This document shows positions 7,996 through 16,763 of a DNA stretch of 27,778 nt, piece by piece. Positions within the stretch are counted from its first letter, which is position 1. Each line of letters begins with the position of its first letter. A program made the translations under genes and the position numbers. Origin of the DNA: a virus (Duplodnaviria; Caudoviricetes); IMG/VR virus record IMGVR_UViG_3300020045_001131, positions 1 to 27,778 of that record. One strand, 5' to 3'. The notes below the pieces were generated by a model. That model was given only the letters and a program-made list of their open reading frames with translations. It was not told where the DNA came from and ran no database searches.

Positions 7996-9449
7996 AGCTC
8001 ATAGGCTACGCACCTGATTTAGACCAAACCACGATAGGGGTGATTACCTCGTGTGCGGCCTTTGTGCCAAGTGAAAAGGGAATGCAGGCAGCTCCAACTC
8101 CAAAAGACCCAATGATTGCAGCTTTGACTGCTCAGTGTTACGGGGCGGCTACAGTAATTAAGATTAACAACTCAGGCCGATTGATTGCTGGCACTGCTAC
8201 GAAACTTTATGAGTTAAGCGGGCTGACTTGGAATGACGTAACGAGGGCAACAGATTACACATTGGGTGCTGATAACTTCTGGCGATTCGCTCAGTTTGGC
8301 GATACCACATTATCCGCAGCAAAGTCTGACACATTGCAATTCTCGTCATCAGGGGCATTTGATGATGTAGCAGGCGCACCAAAGGCTTCTATTGTTGAGA
8401 CAGTAGGTAACTTCGTGTTCCTGTGTGATACCAACGAGGGGACTTATGGGGATTCACCTAATCGCTGGTGGTGCTCGGCTATTCGTGACTTTACCGACTG
8501 GACACCTTCACTTGCTACGCAGTGCGCAACTAACACTTTAATATCCGCCCCTGGAAAGATATTTGCCGCTAAACGGCTTGGCGATCAGATTGTGTTCTAT
8601 AAAGAACGTGCCATGTATATCGGCACATATGTCGGTTCTCCGCTAGTCTGGGATATTCAGCAGGTTATAGGTGAGGCTGGCTGCTCATCTCAAGAAGCCG
8701 TTGTTAATATAGGCTCGGCCGATAATCCTGTTCATATTTTCATGGGGGCTGATGACTTCTGGCGCTTTGATGGTGCAAGACCAGTTCCATTAGGTGGGCC
8801 ATTAAGAAAGACTATTTACGCAGAGTTGAGTACGACCTATGCTTACCGCATTAAGACCCTGCACGACAGGCTGAACTCAAGAGTTTATTTTTACTACCCA
8901 TCAAGAGATGGCAACGGCGTTTTAGATTCATGTGTTGTTTACCATTATCGAAATAACACTTGGGGTCGTGATGACAGGACGATCGAGGCAGCTTTAGAGT
9001 ATATCTCTGGCGGTCTTACTTATGACACTTGGCAGACCCTTTACCCCACTTACAACGACTTGCCTACAGACATATCGTATGATTCGCCATTTTGGACTAG
9101 CGGACAAAGCAATAGAGGATTTTTTAATACCTCGCACAAGTTAAACAGTCTTGATGGGATAGCTTCGAATAGCTCGTTTACCACTGGCGACATGGGGGAT
9201 GATGATAATTTCTATTTTCTTGATCGTGTAAAACCTCGCTGGCTGACTAAACCAACATCAGCAACGATGACTAACTTTTACAAGAATAACGAAGGTGACG
9301 AATTAACAATTGATGCTACATCACAAATGGATGGTTCAAGATTCGACCTGACCCGCTCTGCCAGATGGCACAGGTTACAGTTTGACATGGTAGGCGATGC
9401 AACACTGAATGAGATGGATATTAAATATCAGGAAGATGGTACAGAGTAA
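7992..9449 (+). CDS. Tail nozzle or stabilisation protein (P22 gp10 / tubular protein B-like)
   Basis: 485 aa, beta-propeller-like repeats (WRFAQFGD, NRWWCS, FWRFDG). TTG start overlaps the adaptor stop. Confidence 0.7.
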   Translation: MKLIGYAPDLDQTTIGVITSCAAFVPSEKGMQAAPTPKDPMIAALTAQCYGAATVIKINNSGRLIAGTATKLYELSGLTWNDVTRATDYTLGADNFWRFAQFGDTTLSAAKSDTLQFSSSGAFDDVAGAPKASIVETVGNFVFLCDTNEGTYGDSPNRWWCSAIRDFTDWTPSLATQCATNTLISAPGKIFAAKRLGDQIVFYKERAMYIGTYVGSPLVWDIQQVIGEAGCSSQEAVVNIGSADNPVHIFMGADDFWRFDGARPVPLGGPLRKTIYAELSTTYAYRIKTLHDRLNSRVYFYYPSRDGNGVLDSCVVYHYRNNTWGRDDRTIEAALEYISGGLTYDTWQTLYPTYNDLPTDISYDSPFWTSGQSNRGFFNTSHKLNSLDGIASNSSFTTGDMGDDDNFYFLDRVKPRWLTKPTSATMTNFYKNNEGDELTIDATSQMDGSRFDLTRSARWHRLQFDMVGDATLNEMDIKYQEDGTE

Positions 9450-10009
9450 TGCAAATCAACATCCTTAACCTGATAACCGACATATACAACAGGGCATCCA
9501 TTTACAAGGCATTTGCAGGGCTACAGACTAAAGTTAATTTATTGCTAGACCCGCACTATGGGCAAAGGTCAATCTCTGGAAACGCGACAGTAATAGCAGT
9601 AACGGCAGCAGTTGACCTTACATTAAGCACTAACTCGGATTATGTGAAAATAACTGGCATTTGGGATGCTGCACCTAGTGGGCAAGTAAATGGCATCACG
9701 CAGCAAACCAATAGCTTCACTGTAGTCAGAAAAGGCGTTTATAATGTAGCAGTATGGGTATGTGTTACCAGCAGTGCAAATAATACTAATGTTGCTTTCA
9801 GGTTCGCAAAAAATGATGCAATTACTTTAGTAAGACGGCCTAGAACGCTTGTTGCAGCAGCACATGACAGAAAGACGATTGCAGCGCATGGATTTGTTGA
9901 GTTAGAGCCTGATGACGTTTTAACCTTATGGGTAGCTTCGGATAAAACTGCCGATATAACCGTTGAGGATTGCGTGTTCTCAGCAGAGCAGATGAAGGCG
10001 CTAGATTGA
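9449..10009 (+). CDS. Putative tail tip/needle or small virion protein
   Basis: TAATG-coupled to the nozzle. Beta-sandwich (C1q/TNF-like) pattern FTVVRKGVYNV..GFVELEPDDVLTLWV. Confidence 0.45.
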   Translation: MQINILNLITDIYNRASIYKAFAGLQTKVNLLLDPHYGQRSISGNATVIAVTAAVDLTLSTNSDYVKITGIWDAAPSGQVNGITQQTNSFTVVRKGVYNVAVWVCVTSSANNTNVAFRFAKNDAITLVRRPRTLVAAAHDRKTIAAHGFVELEPDDVLTLWVASDKTADITVEDCVFSAEQMKALD

Positions 10010-10410
10010 TTTGTGTTGGGCTTGATATTAAGTATTGGGACAATGTAAAAGATGGCCTGCAACTGGCTTTAGATATAGACAATAACAAGTTTTCGTTAGA
10101 TGACTTGTTAGAAGCGATTGAAAAACATGATATGCAACTGTGGTGCATCCATGATGGGGAGATAAAAGTGACATTTGTTACACAGATACTTAACTACCCG
10201 CAAAAAAAGGTTTTGGACTGTGTAGCTTTGGCAGGGAAAGACCCTGAATCATGGATTGATATGTTACTGGCCTCAATGGAAAAGTTTGCAATAGAGAACA
10301 AATGCGACCTGATGGAAACTGGAGGGCGCAAGGGATGGGAAAGATTATTTAAACGTAATGGGTGGCGAAACACTCACATCAAGTTAAGCAGGAGTATCGA
10401 TTATGCCTAG
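10006..10410 (+). CDS. GNAT-fold-like protein of the podoviral tail/ejection module
   Basis: Likely TTG10006 start (TTGA overlap). MQLW, FAIENKC..GRKGWER pattern and typical position just before the ejection genes. Confidence 0.55.
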   Translation: MICVGLDIKYWDNVKDGLQLALDIDNNKFSLDDLLEAIEKHDMQLWCIHDGEIKVTFVTQILNYPQKKVLDCVALAGKDPESWIDMLLASMEKFAIENKCDLMETGGRKGWERLFKRNGWRNTHIKLSRSIDYA

Positions 10411-11167
10411 TAGCGGCGGAAGCAAACAAACAAGTACATCTAGTACCACTCCGTGGTCTGGTGTTCAGCCATATATCACGGACTATCTGCAAAAGAGCCA
10501 GAACGCAGTCAATACACCGTTTCAATATAACTCTGCTGACCAGATAGCGCCATTTAGCCCTGAGCAACAGTATGGCTTAAGCATGCAGACACAACGAGCC
10601 ATTCAAGGCTCACCAGTGAACGCAGCGGCGCAAGGAAATATCACCGATACATTGAACGGGGCTTACCTTTCGCCTGACAGCAACCCTTATCTAAAGGCCA
10701 ATGTTGACCAAGCCTTATCTGATGTCACAGGGCGCGTTAATTCACAGTTCGGTAATGCTAACTTTGGCGGCTCGGCTAATCAAGAATTGTTGACTAGAAA
10801 CTTGGGGGCTACAGCATCGGGCATGTATGGGCAGAATTACACCACAGAGCGAGGCAATCAACTGCAAGCTGCTGGCATGGCTCCAACATTGGCTAATACT
10901 GACTATCAAGACATACAAGCACTGCAAAACGTAGGCGCACAGCGTCAAGGACTATCACAACAATATTTAGACCAAGCCAACAACCTGTTTAACGCTAACG
11001 CAGGCTGGGGACAACAAAAGCTGAATAACTACGGTCAAGCTGTGGGTATAGGCATGGGTGGCGGTTCAAATACCACTTCAACCTCACCCAATCCGAATCA
11101 GTCAAATGGATTGGCTAACTTGGTGGGTACTGGACTGTCAATTTACGGCATGATGGGCGGCTTTTGA
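10403..11167 (+). CDS. Internal virion (ejection/pilot) protein
   Basis: SSGGSKQTSTSSTTPW N-terminus, Q/G/N-rich, glycine-rich hydrophobic C-terminus. Confidence 0.65.
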   Translation: MPSSGGSKQTSTSSTTPWSGVQPYITDYLQKSQNAVNTPFQYNSADQIAPFSPEQQYGLSMQTQRAIQGSPVNAAAQGNITDTLNGAYLSPDSNPYLKANVDQALSDVTGRVNSQFGNANFGGSANQELLTRNLGATASGMYGQNYTTERGNQLQAAGMAPTLANTDYQDIQALQNVGAQRQGLSQQYLDQANNLFNANAGWGQQKLNNYGQAVGIGMGGGSNTTSTSPNPNQSNGLANLVGTGLSIYGMMGGF

Positions 11168-11481
11168 AGGCTACTGACAAAATATGGCTGTCTTACTTTG
11201 GCGAACCTTCTGTCGGAGTTTGGGAGGATGAAAACTACTTGGCAGCAGGATTTGCAGATCAAGGCACTTTAAGGCTAGATATTCAGCGTAAAGATGAGAA
11301 AGACGGCATTACTTGGGATGAATTACAACGAATCAAGAATGCATGTGGATTTGAGGATAAAGATGCGATTGAGTTCTATCCAAAACAATCTGATGTGATT
11401 AATACCGCCAACTTTAGACATTTATATATTTACGATACACCGCTAGACCTAATACGAAGGAATGAGCCATGTCACCACTAG
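11164..11481 (+). CDS. Conserved phage hypothetical protein (DUF7694-like)
   Basis: ITWDELQRIK..AIEFYP..VINTANFRHL pattern. Overlaps both neighbours. Confidence 0.6.
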   Translation: MKATDKIWLSYFGEPSVGVWEDENYLAAGFADQGTLRLDIQRKDEKDGITWDELQRIKNACGFEDKDAIEFYPKQSDVINTANFRHLYIYDTPLDLIRRNEPCHH

Positions 11482-11831
11482 AACAGCTACTTTATAACTC
11501 CAATATGGCAGCGCCAGGTAATAGTAATTTTGCCTTTCCGCAAGCATTCGAGACGGATTACTACAAAAACACAGTGATTCCTCAGCAAGCACAACAACTG
11601 CAACAGTTCATGCAGCCACAAGCGCAGCCTGCTCAAACACAACCTGTGATGAATCAAAACGTGCAGCAACAGATAGGCCGGCTAACAGGGCAGGCTTCCA
11701 ATGCTTTATACGGTGGCTTGCTTGGTTATCAGCCTCAAGCTATGCAAGGCGGTGGACAATCATTTGCAGCGCCACAAGGTGACTTTAGAAGCGCATTTGG
11801 TGGCATGCAAGGTCTGTTAGGGAGAATGTAA
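11469..11831 (+). CDS. Q/G-rich hypothetical protein, probably ejection-associated
   Basis: Coupled to the next gene (TAATG). Low-complexity Q/P/G content with GGLLG motifs shared with the next protein. Confidence 0.5.
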   Translation: MSPLEQLLYNSNMAAPGNSNFAFPQAFETDYYKNTVIPQQAQQLQQFMQPQAQPAQTQPVMNQNVQQQIGRLTGQASNALYGGLLGYQPQAMQGGGQSFAAPQGDFRSAFGGMQGLLGRM

Positions 11832-13279
11832 TGGCGATATTCGGTTCAGGTTTAATGCAGGGCGAGAGTGCTGGAATCCCCACTGGCGGACTATTGGGCG
11901 GCGGCTTATCGGGTAATAATGCGCTGTTAAATATCGGCTTGGGAATACTTGCGAACAATCAAGGCAATTATGGTGCTTTCGGCCCTGCTGTAGGCCGTGG
12001 TGCATTGCAAGGCATTCAGGCTACGCAACAAGCGCAACAACTAGGGCAGATGGGACAAATGCGAGACTTGCAGATGCAACAAGCCCGAGCAGAAGCAGCT
12101 AAAGTTGATGCAAGAAACAAAGCAATAGCAGATTTCAAGTTAAAGCATCCTGAGTTGGCGGATGCTGTAGACCTAGACCCATCATTAGCGATTAAGGCAG
12201 CTTATCCAACAATAGGCCAAAATTCTGCTGACCCTTACTACAACTTTATTCCAACAGAAAGCGGCATAGCTAGCGGCAACGCAAGAACAGGAAAACTTGA
12301 GCTATTAACAGGGCCGGATGGAAAGCCATTTATCAAGACTTCTGACAGCCCTAAAGTGCGCGGTGCAGTTAAGAGCGCCGAATCTGGTGCGGCAGCAGCT
12401 TACAAGCCTAATACTGATATTCCCGGCATGGTAATGACCGATGAGCAATTAGCTAGACAGTCATATGGCGGCGGCCCAATGCCGTTTGCACAACTACCAA
12501 TGATTAACGCTCCGGCACAACCTATGCAAGCGCCTAATCAGCAATTGCCAAGCAATAACTTTAATCTGCCTTACCCTGTGACAATGGGCGCTCCTGGCAC
12601 TACCGCTACAGACCGCGCAGAAGGCATTACTGGTGAAAGCTCGATACAGCTTCGCGACCCTCGCAGACCCAATGCGCCAGCTCCAAGGGTAGGAATTGTC
12701 GTGCCTACGCCAGAACAACAAGCCGCACTGACCACGACTGCCACCACTCAAGCCAAAACAAATGTCGATACTCAGGCTGACAAGGCAAAGAATGTTAGGA
12801 AGTCAGATCAATTCCTCTCTGTAGCACAGGAAGCAAAGAAGATACTTGAAGGTAAGAATGCCCCTACATCAAGCGGCGTTGGTGCTGCCATTGATGCTGC
12901 TGGTGGTCTGTTAGGCATGGCTCCTGCTGGTGCTGACGAGGCAACTTCGCTTGAAGCACTATCTGGCTGGATGGTAGCTAACGTCCCCCGCATGGAAGGC
13001 CCACAATCTAATTTTGACGTACAAAACTATCAAACAATGGCAGGCGCAGTCGGAGATAGAACTAAGCCATTAAGTGTTAGAAAAGCCGCTTTAGATAAAG
13101 TCATCAGTTTACAGGAAAAGTACAAATCACTTAATCAGGATGGCGAACAACCATCTACGCCTAAAGTTGAAGCTGCGCCTATGCCTGCTAAACCAAGTGC
13201 ATTGACACTTAAAAAAGGCACTGTATATCAAACTCCAATGGGAGCACTTAAATGGAACGGAAAGGCATTTGAAGACTAA
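11831..13279 (+). CDS. Internal virion (DNA ejection) protein
   Basis: 482 aa. Gly-rich hydrophobic N-terminus, then A/Q/P-rich. VPRMEGPQS..D motif. Position in the ejection cluster. Confidence 0.65.
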   Translation: MAIFGSGLMQGESAGIPTGGLLGGGLSGNNALLNIGLGILANNQGNYGAFGPAVGRGALQGIQATQQAQQLGQMGQMRDLQMQQARAEAAKVDARNKAIADFKLKHPELADAVDLDPSLAIKAAYPTIGQNSADPYYNFIPTESGIASGNARTGKLELLTGPDGKPFIKTSDSPKVRGAVKSAESGAAAAYKPNTDIPGMVMTDEQLARQSYGGGPMPFAQLPMINAPAQPMQAPNQQLPSNNFNLPYPVTMGAPGTTATDRAEGITGESSIQLRDPRRPNAPAPRVGIVVPTPEQQAALTTTATTQAKTNVDTQADKAKNVRKSDQFLSVAQEAKKILEGKNAPTSSGVGAAIDAAGGLLGMAPAGADEATSLEALSGWMVANVPRMEGPQSNFDVQNYQTMAGAVGDRTKPLSVRKAALDKVISLQEKYKSLNQDGEQPSTPKVEAAPMPAKPSALTLKKGTVYQTPMGALKWNGKAFED

Positions 13280-14853
13280 TGGCTACCTATACCCTAGATG
13301 AAGTGACACAAGGCAAAAAGTCATACTCTCTTGACGAGGTTATGGGCAAGCCTAAAGACGTGTCTTGGGGCGAAGTCCCGATGCAGGCAGTTCGCAATCT
13401 TCCTAAGAGTGCTGCAAACTTTGCTGGCGGCGTTGCTGATTTGGTACTAAACCCGATTGATTCTGCTAGCGGTCTTTTAGACTTGGCTGCTGGCGGACTT
13501 AGGGCTGCTGTGCCTAGCTCGGTATCAGGCGCTATAGACAGGACTTTCCCAAGCCAAGCTACAGAACGTGCGGCAAACACTGCTGGCGCTGTAGGGCAAT
13601 TTTACAAGGATAGGTATGGTAGCGCTCAAGGCCTTAGAAATACACTGGCTAATGACCCTGTAGGAGCTTTGAGTGATGCTTCTGCTGTATTAACAGGCGG
13701 CGGCGCTTTAGCCTCCAAGCTTCCAATTATAGGCAAGGCAGGCACTGTTGTTAAATCTGTTGGCAATGCAATCAATCCAATCAATATAGCAGGCCAAGCC
13801 ATTACAAAGGGGCTTCCAATGCTTGGGCGTGGAGCTGCTAATATAATAGGTGGAATAGGCACTCATACAGGCGGGGAAAGTATTAAACAGGCCGCTTCTG
13901 CTGGGTTTAGAGGCGGGGATGCAGCTAAGAGCTTTGCTGAAAATATGCGCGGACAAGTGCCTATTACCGATGCCTTGGAAACAGCAAAATCAAATCTACA
14001 AAACATGGGACAAGCTAAACAGGCGGAATATCGTGCTGGCATGGCGCAGGTATCAAATGACAAATCAGTGCTTAATTTTAATGGCATAGATAGGGCTTTA
14101 AATGATGCTTACAACGTATCTACCTTTAAAGGTAAGGCGACCAACAGCCAAGCATTTGAAATACAGAAGCAGATAGCAGATGAAGTCAATGCATGGAAGG
14201 GTCTTGACCCTGCACAATATCATACGCCAGAAGGTTTGGATGCATTAAAGAAGCGTATTGGCGGCATTCAGGAAGCTATCCCGTTCGAGCAAAAGACAGC
14301 CCGTAAAGTAGCAGGGAATGTTTATAACGCGATTAAAAACGAAATCAACAATCAAGCGCCTGTTTATTCAAAGACTATGCGTCAATATTCAGATGCTAGT
14401 GACCAAATCACAGAGATAGAACGCGCCTTATCTGTAGGCGGCAAGCAGTCAGCAGATACGTCTATCCGCAAGCTTCAATCGCTCATGAGAAATAATGCTA
14501 ACACCAATTACGGAAACAGGTTGGACTTAGCTAAACAATTGGAAGCAGCAGGCGGACAGGAATTTATGCCAGCTTTAGCAGGACAGTCATTAAATAGCTT
14601 TACCCCTCGCGGATTGGGTGGGGCGGTTGCTGGCGGTCTTGGTATGGGAGGTTACGCATTGGGAGGACTTCCCATTGCAGTACCTACTTTGCTAGCGCAG
14701 TCACCTAGAATCATGGGGGAAACAGCATTTAAAGTAGGGCAAGGTGCTGGATTGCTAAACAGGGGCGCAAATGTCGTAGGACAAGGTGCAAACGCAGTAG
14801 GCATCGACCCTGCAACACTAGCTAACTATATGTCGATCATTAACCGTCAGTAG
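13279..14853 (+). CDS. Large internal virion (DNA transfer) protein
   Basis: 524 aa, Ala/Gly-rich. TPEGLDALKKRIG, RKLQSLMRNN, SPRIMGE motifs. Last gene of the ejection cluster. Confidence 0.65.
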   Translation: MATYTLDEVTQGKKSYSLDEVMGKPKDVSWGEVPMQAVRNLPKSAANFAGGVADLVLNPIDSASGLLDLAAGGLRAAVPSSVSGAIDRTFPSQATERAANTAGAVGQFYKDRYGSAQGLRNTLANDPVGALSDASAVLTGGGALASKLPIIGKAGTVVKSVGNAINPINIAGQAITKGLPMLGRGAANIIGGIGTHTGGESIKQAASAGFRGGDAAKSFAENMRGQVPITDALETAKSNLQNMGQAKQAEYRAGMAQVSNDKSVLNFNGIDRALNDAYNVSTFKGKATNSQAFEIQKQIADEVNAWKGLDPAQYHTPEGLDALKKRIGGIQEAIPFEQKTARKVAGNVYNAIKNEINNQAPVYSKTMRQYSDASDQITEIERALSVGGKQSADTSIRKLQSLMRNNANTNYGNRLDLAKQLEAAGGQEFMPALAGQSLNSFTPRGLGGAVAGGLGMGGYALGGLPIAVPTLLAQSPRIMGETAFKVGQGAGLLNRGANVVGQGANAVGIDPATLANYMSIINRQ

Positions 14854-14959
14854 TTTTGATTATCCATCCACAGGAATATTTTGAGTAACAAAGCGATTAC
14901 CCCAAAAGTAGGACAAAGGTCATATAGCTCATTCATGGTTATAGTTTAAAGGAAATCAA

Positions 14960-16273
14960 ATGCCAGTACCAAATACAATGGCGGATTTATCCACCACAGC
15001 ATCAAGCAACTCACCAGCAGGGACAGAAGCGCCTAGCAATGCCGATGACCATTTAAGGGCTTTAGGGGCAATTATTCGCACGACTAATGCTAAGGGTTCG
15101 GACGTAGCATCAGCGACTACTACAGACATCGGAGCGGCTACTGCTGAGTTCATTGACGTTACTGGAACGACTACGATCACCTCGTTTGGTACGATTGCAT
15201 CAGGGATTCGTCGGGTAGTCAGATTCACAGGTGCGCTAACTTTGACCTATAACGCCACTTCAATGATTCTTCCAGGTGCTGCAAACATCACAACAGTTGC
15301 AGGAGACATTGCATCATTCAGGTCATTAGGTTCAGGAAATTGGTTATGCACTGGCTACCTCAAATCAGATGGCTCAAATGTTGGCCCATATGTAGACACT
15401 AGCCCGATAGTTGCAGGTTCGGCTGATGCTACCAAAAAACTACGGATAGAGGCTGATGGAATCGCTACAGCCACAACACGAGTTTGGACTGCCCAGGACA
15501 AAAACATAACAGTCGCAGGCTTATCAGATATGGCTGGATGGATATACGGGCTTATCCCCTCTAATAACGGTGCTGATGCTACCAATGACATTGATATTAG
15601 CGCAGGACAGGCTTTAGATGGAACGAATGTACAAAACATTATTTTAGCCTCCTCTCTGACTAAACGCCTAGATGCTTCGTGGGCTGTAGGGTCAGGTAAC
15701 GGTGGGCTTGATACAGGGTCAATCGGGAATAGTGATTATTACATATGGCTGATTAAACGCTCGGACACTGGTGTAGTTGATGCTCTATTCTCGCTATCAT
15801 CTACAGCGCCAACAATGCCAACAGATTATGACTATAAACGACTGATTGGATGGTTCAAGCGTGTATCAGGTGCAATCGTGCCATTTACGGCTTACGAGGT
15901 TGCAGGGGGTGGATTGGAGTATCTTTGGACTACACCAACGCTTGATATTAATTTGGCAAATACATTAACTAGCTCGCGCAGGACTGATGCGGTAAAAGCT
16001 CCGCTTAATTTTTCAGTTGAAGCAAATATTAACGCGCTGATTGATGACGGCACAATTTCTGGCGTTTATATATACTGTCCAGATCAGGCTGACCAAGCGC
16101 CTAATGACACTGCGGCTCCACTGCATACGCTTCGTATGGCGGCATCTAATCAGCCAGAGTCAGCAAACTTGAAAGTTCGCACAAGTTCAGCAGGACTAAT
16201 CGCAGCAAGAGCAACAACCGCCACAGTCAATCTCTACGCAGTCTCTACTCTCGGCTTCACTTGGAAGCGCTAA
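14960..16273 (+). CDS. Tail fibre protein
   Basis: N-terminal anchor-like LSTTASSNSPAG..DDHLRAL, fibre-type repeat (VTGTTTITSFGT..LILPG-like), YDYKRLIGW domain. AAGGA RBS. Confidence 0.75.
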   Translation: MPVPNTMADLSTTASSNSPAGTEAPSNADDHLRALGAIIRTTNAKGSDVASATTTDIGAATAEFIDVTGTTTITSFGTIASGIRRVVRFTGALTLTYNATSMILPGAANITTVAGDIASFRSLGSGNWLCTGYLKSDGSNVGPYVDTSPIVAGSADATKKLRIEADGIATATTRVWTAQDKNITVAGLSDMAGWIYGLIPSNNGADATNDIDISAGQALDGTNVQNIILASSLTKRLDASWAVGSGNGGLDTGSIGNSDYYIWLIKRSDTGVVDALFSLSSTAPTMPTDYDYKRLIGWFKRVSGAIVPFTAYEVAGGGLEYLWTTPTLDINLANTLTSSRRTDAVKAPLNFSVEANINALIDDGTISGVYIYCPDQADQAPNDTAAPLHTLRMAASNQPESANLKVRTSSAGLIAARATTATVNLYAVSTLGFTWKR

Positions 16274-16291
16274 TTTAACTAAGGAAACATC

Positions 16292-16762
16292 ATGCCAGAC
16301 ATTCCAAACATACCAACAATATTCGACCAATTTGGGAATAGATACCATCCGTTTTCTATGGAGGTGGTAACATCCGATGAATATGCGGCTATGCTTGCCG
16401 CTGGAACGCTTAACACTTCTGCTTTTTACAACGTAGACGGCACACTAAAATATTACAACGGATCGGCTTGGGTGGATGTGGGTGGTGGAGGTGCTGAGAC
16501 TTCATACGATGTGGTCACTGTTACCTCCGATACGCCTGCGATTCGGTCTGCACCATGCACTGTTGCTGGCTTTGTATGTACGGCCTCAAGCTCAGGCAAT
16601 ATCACGCTATATGCCAACTCCGCCAACTCAGGAACGGTTATATTTACTGGTGCGGTAGTTGCTGGAACTATCTACACACTGCCAGCGCCTTATGAATCGT
16701 TCTTGGGGCTATCGTTTGACCTTGTATCTGGCACTTGTTCAATCAACATAAGCGTGAAATAA
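16292..16762 (+). CDS. Putative virion or tail-associated protein
   Basis: AAGGA RBS. LKYYNGSAWVDVGGGG fibre-like motif followed by a small beta domain. Confidence 0.5.
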   Translation: MPDIPNIPTIFDQFGNRYHPFSMEVVTSDEYAAMLAAGTLNTSAFYNVDGTLKYYNGSAWVDVGGGGAETSYDVVTVTSDTPAIRSAPCTVAGFVCTASSSGNITLYANSANSGTVIFTGAVVAGTIYTLPAPYESFLGLSFDLVSGTCSINISVK

Positions 16763-16763
16763 C

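Noticed and set aside
14859-14936. Small - strand ORF (MNELYDLCPTFGVIALLLKNIPVDG) in the gap before the tail fibre
   Set aside because: Only 25 aa with no convincing RBS or motif, so it cannot be supported.
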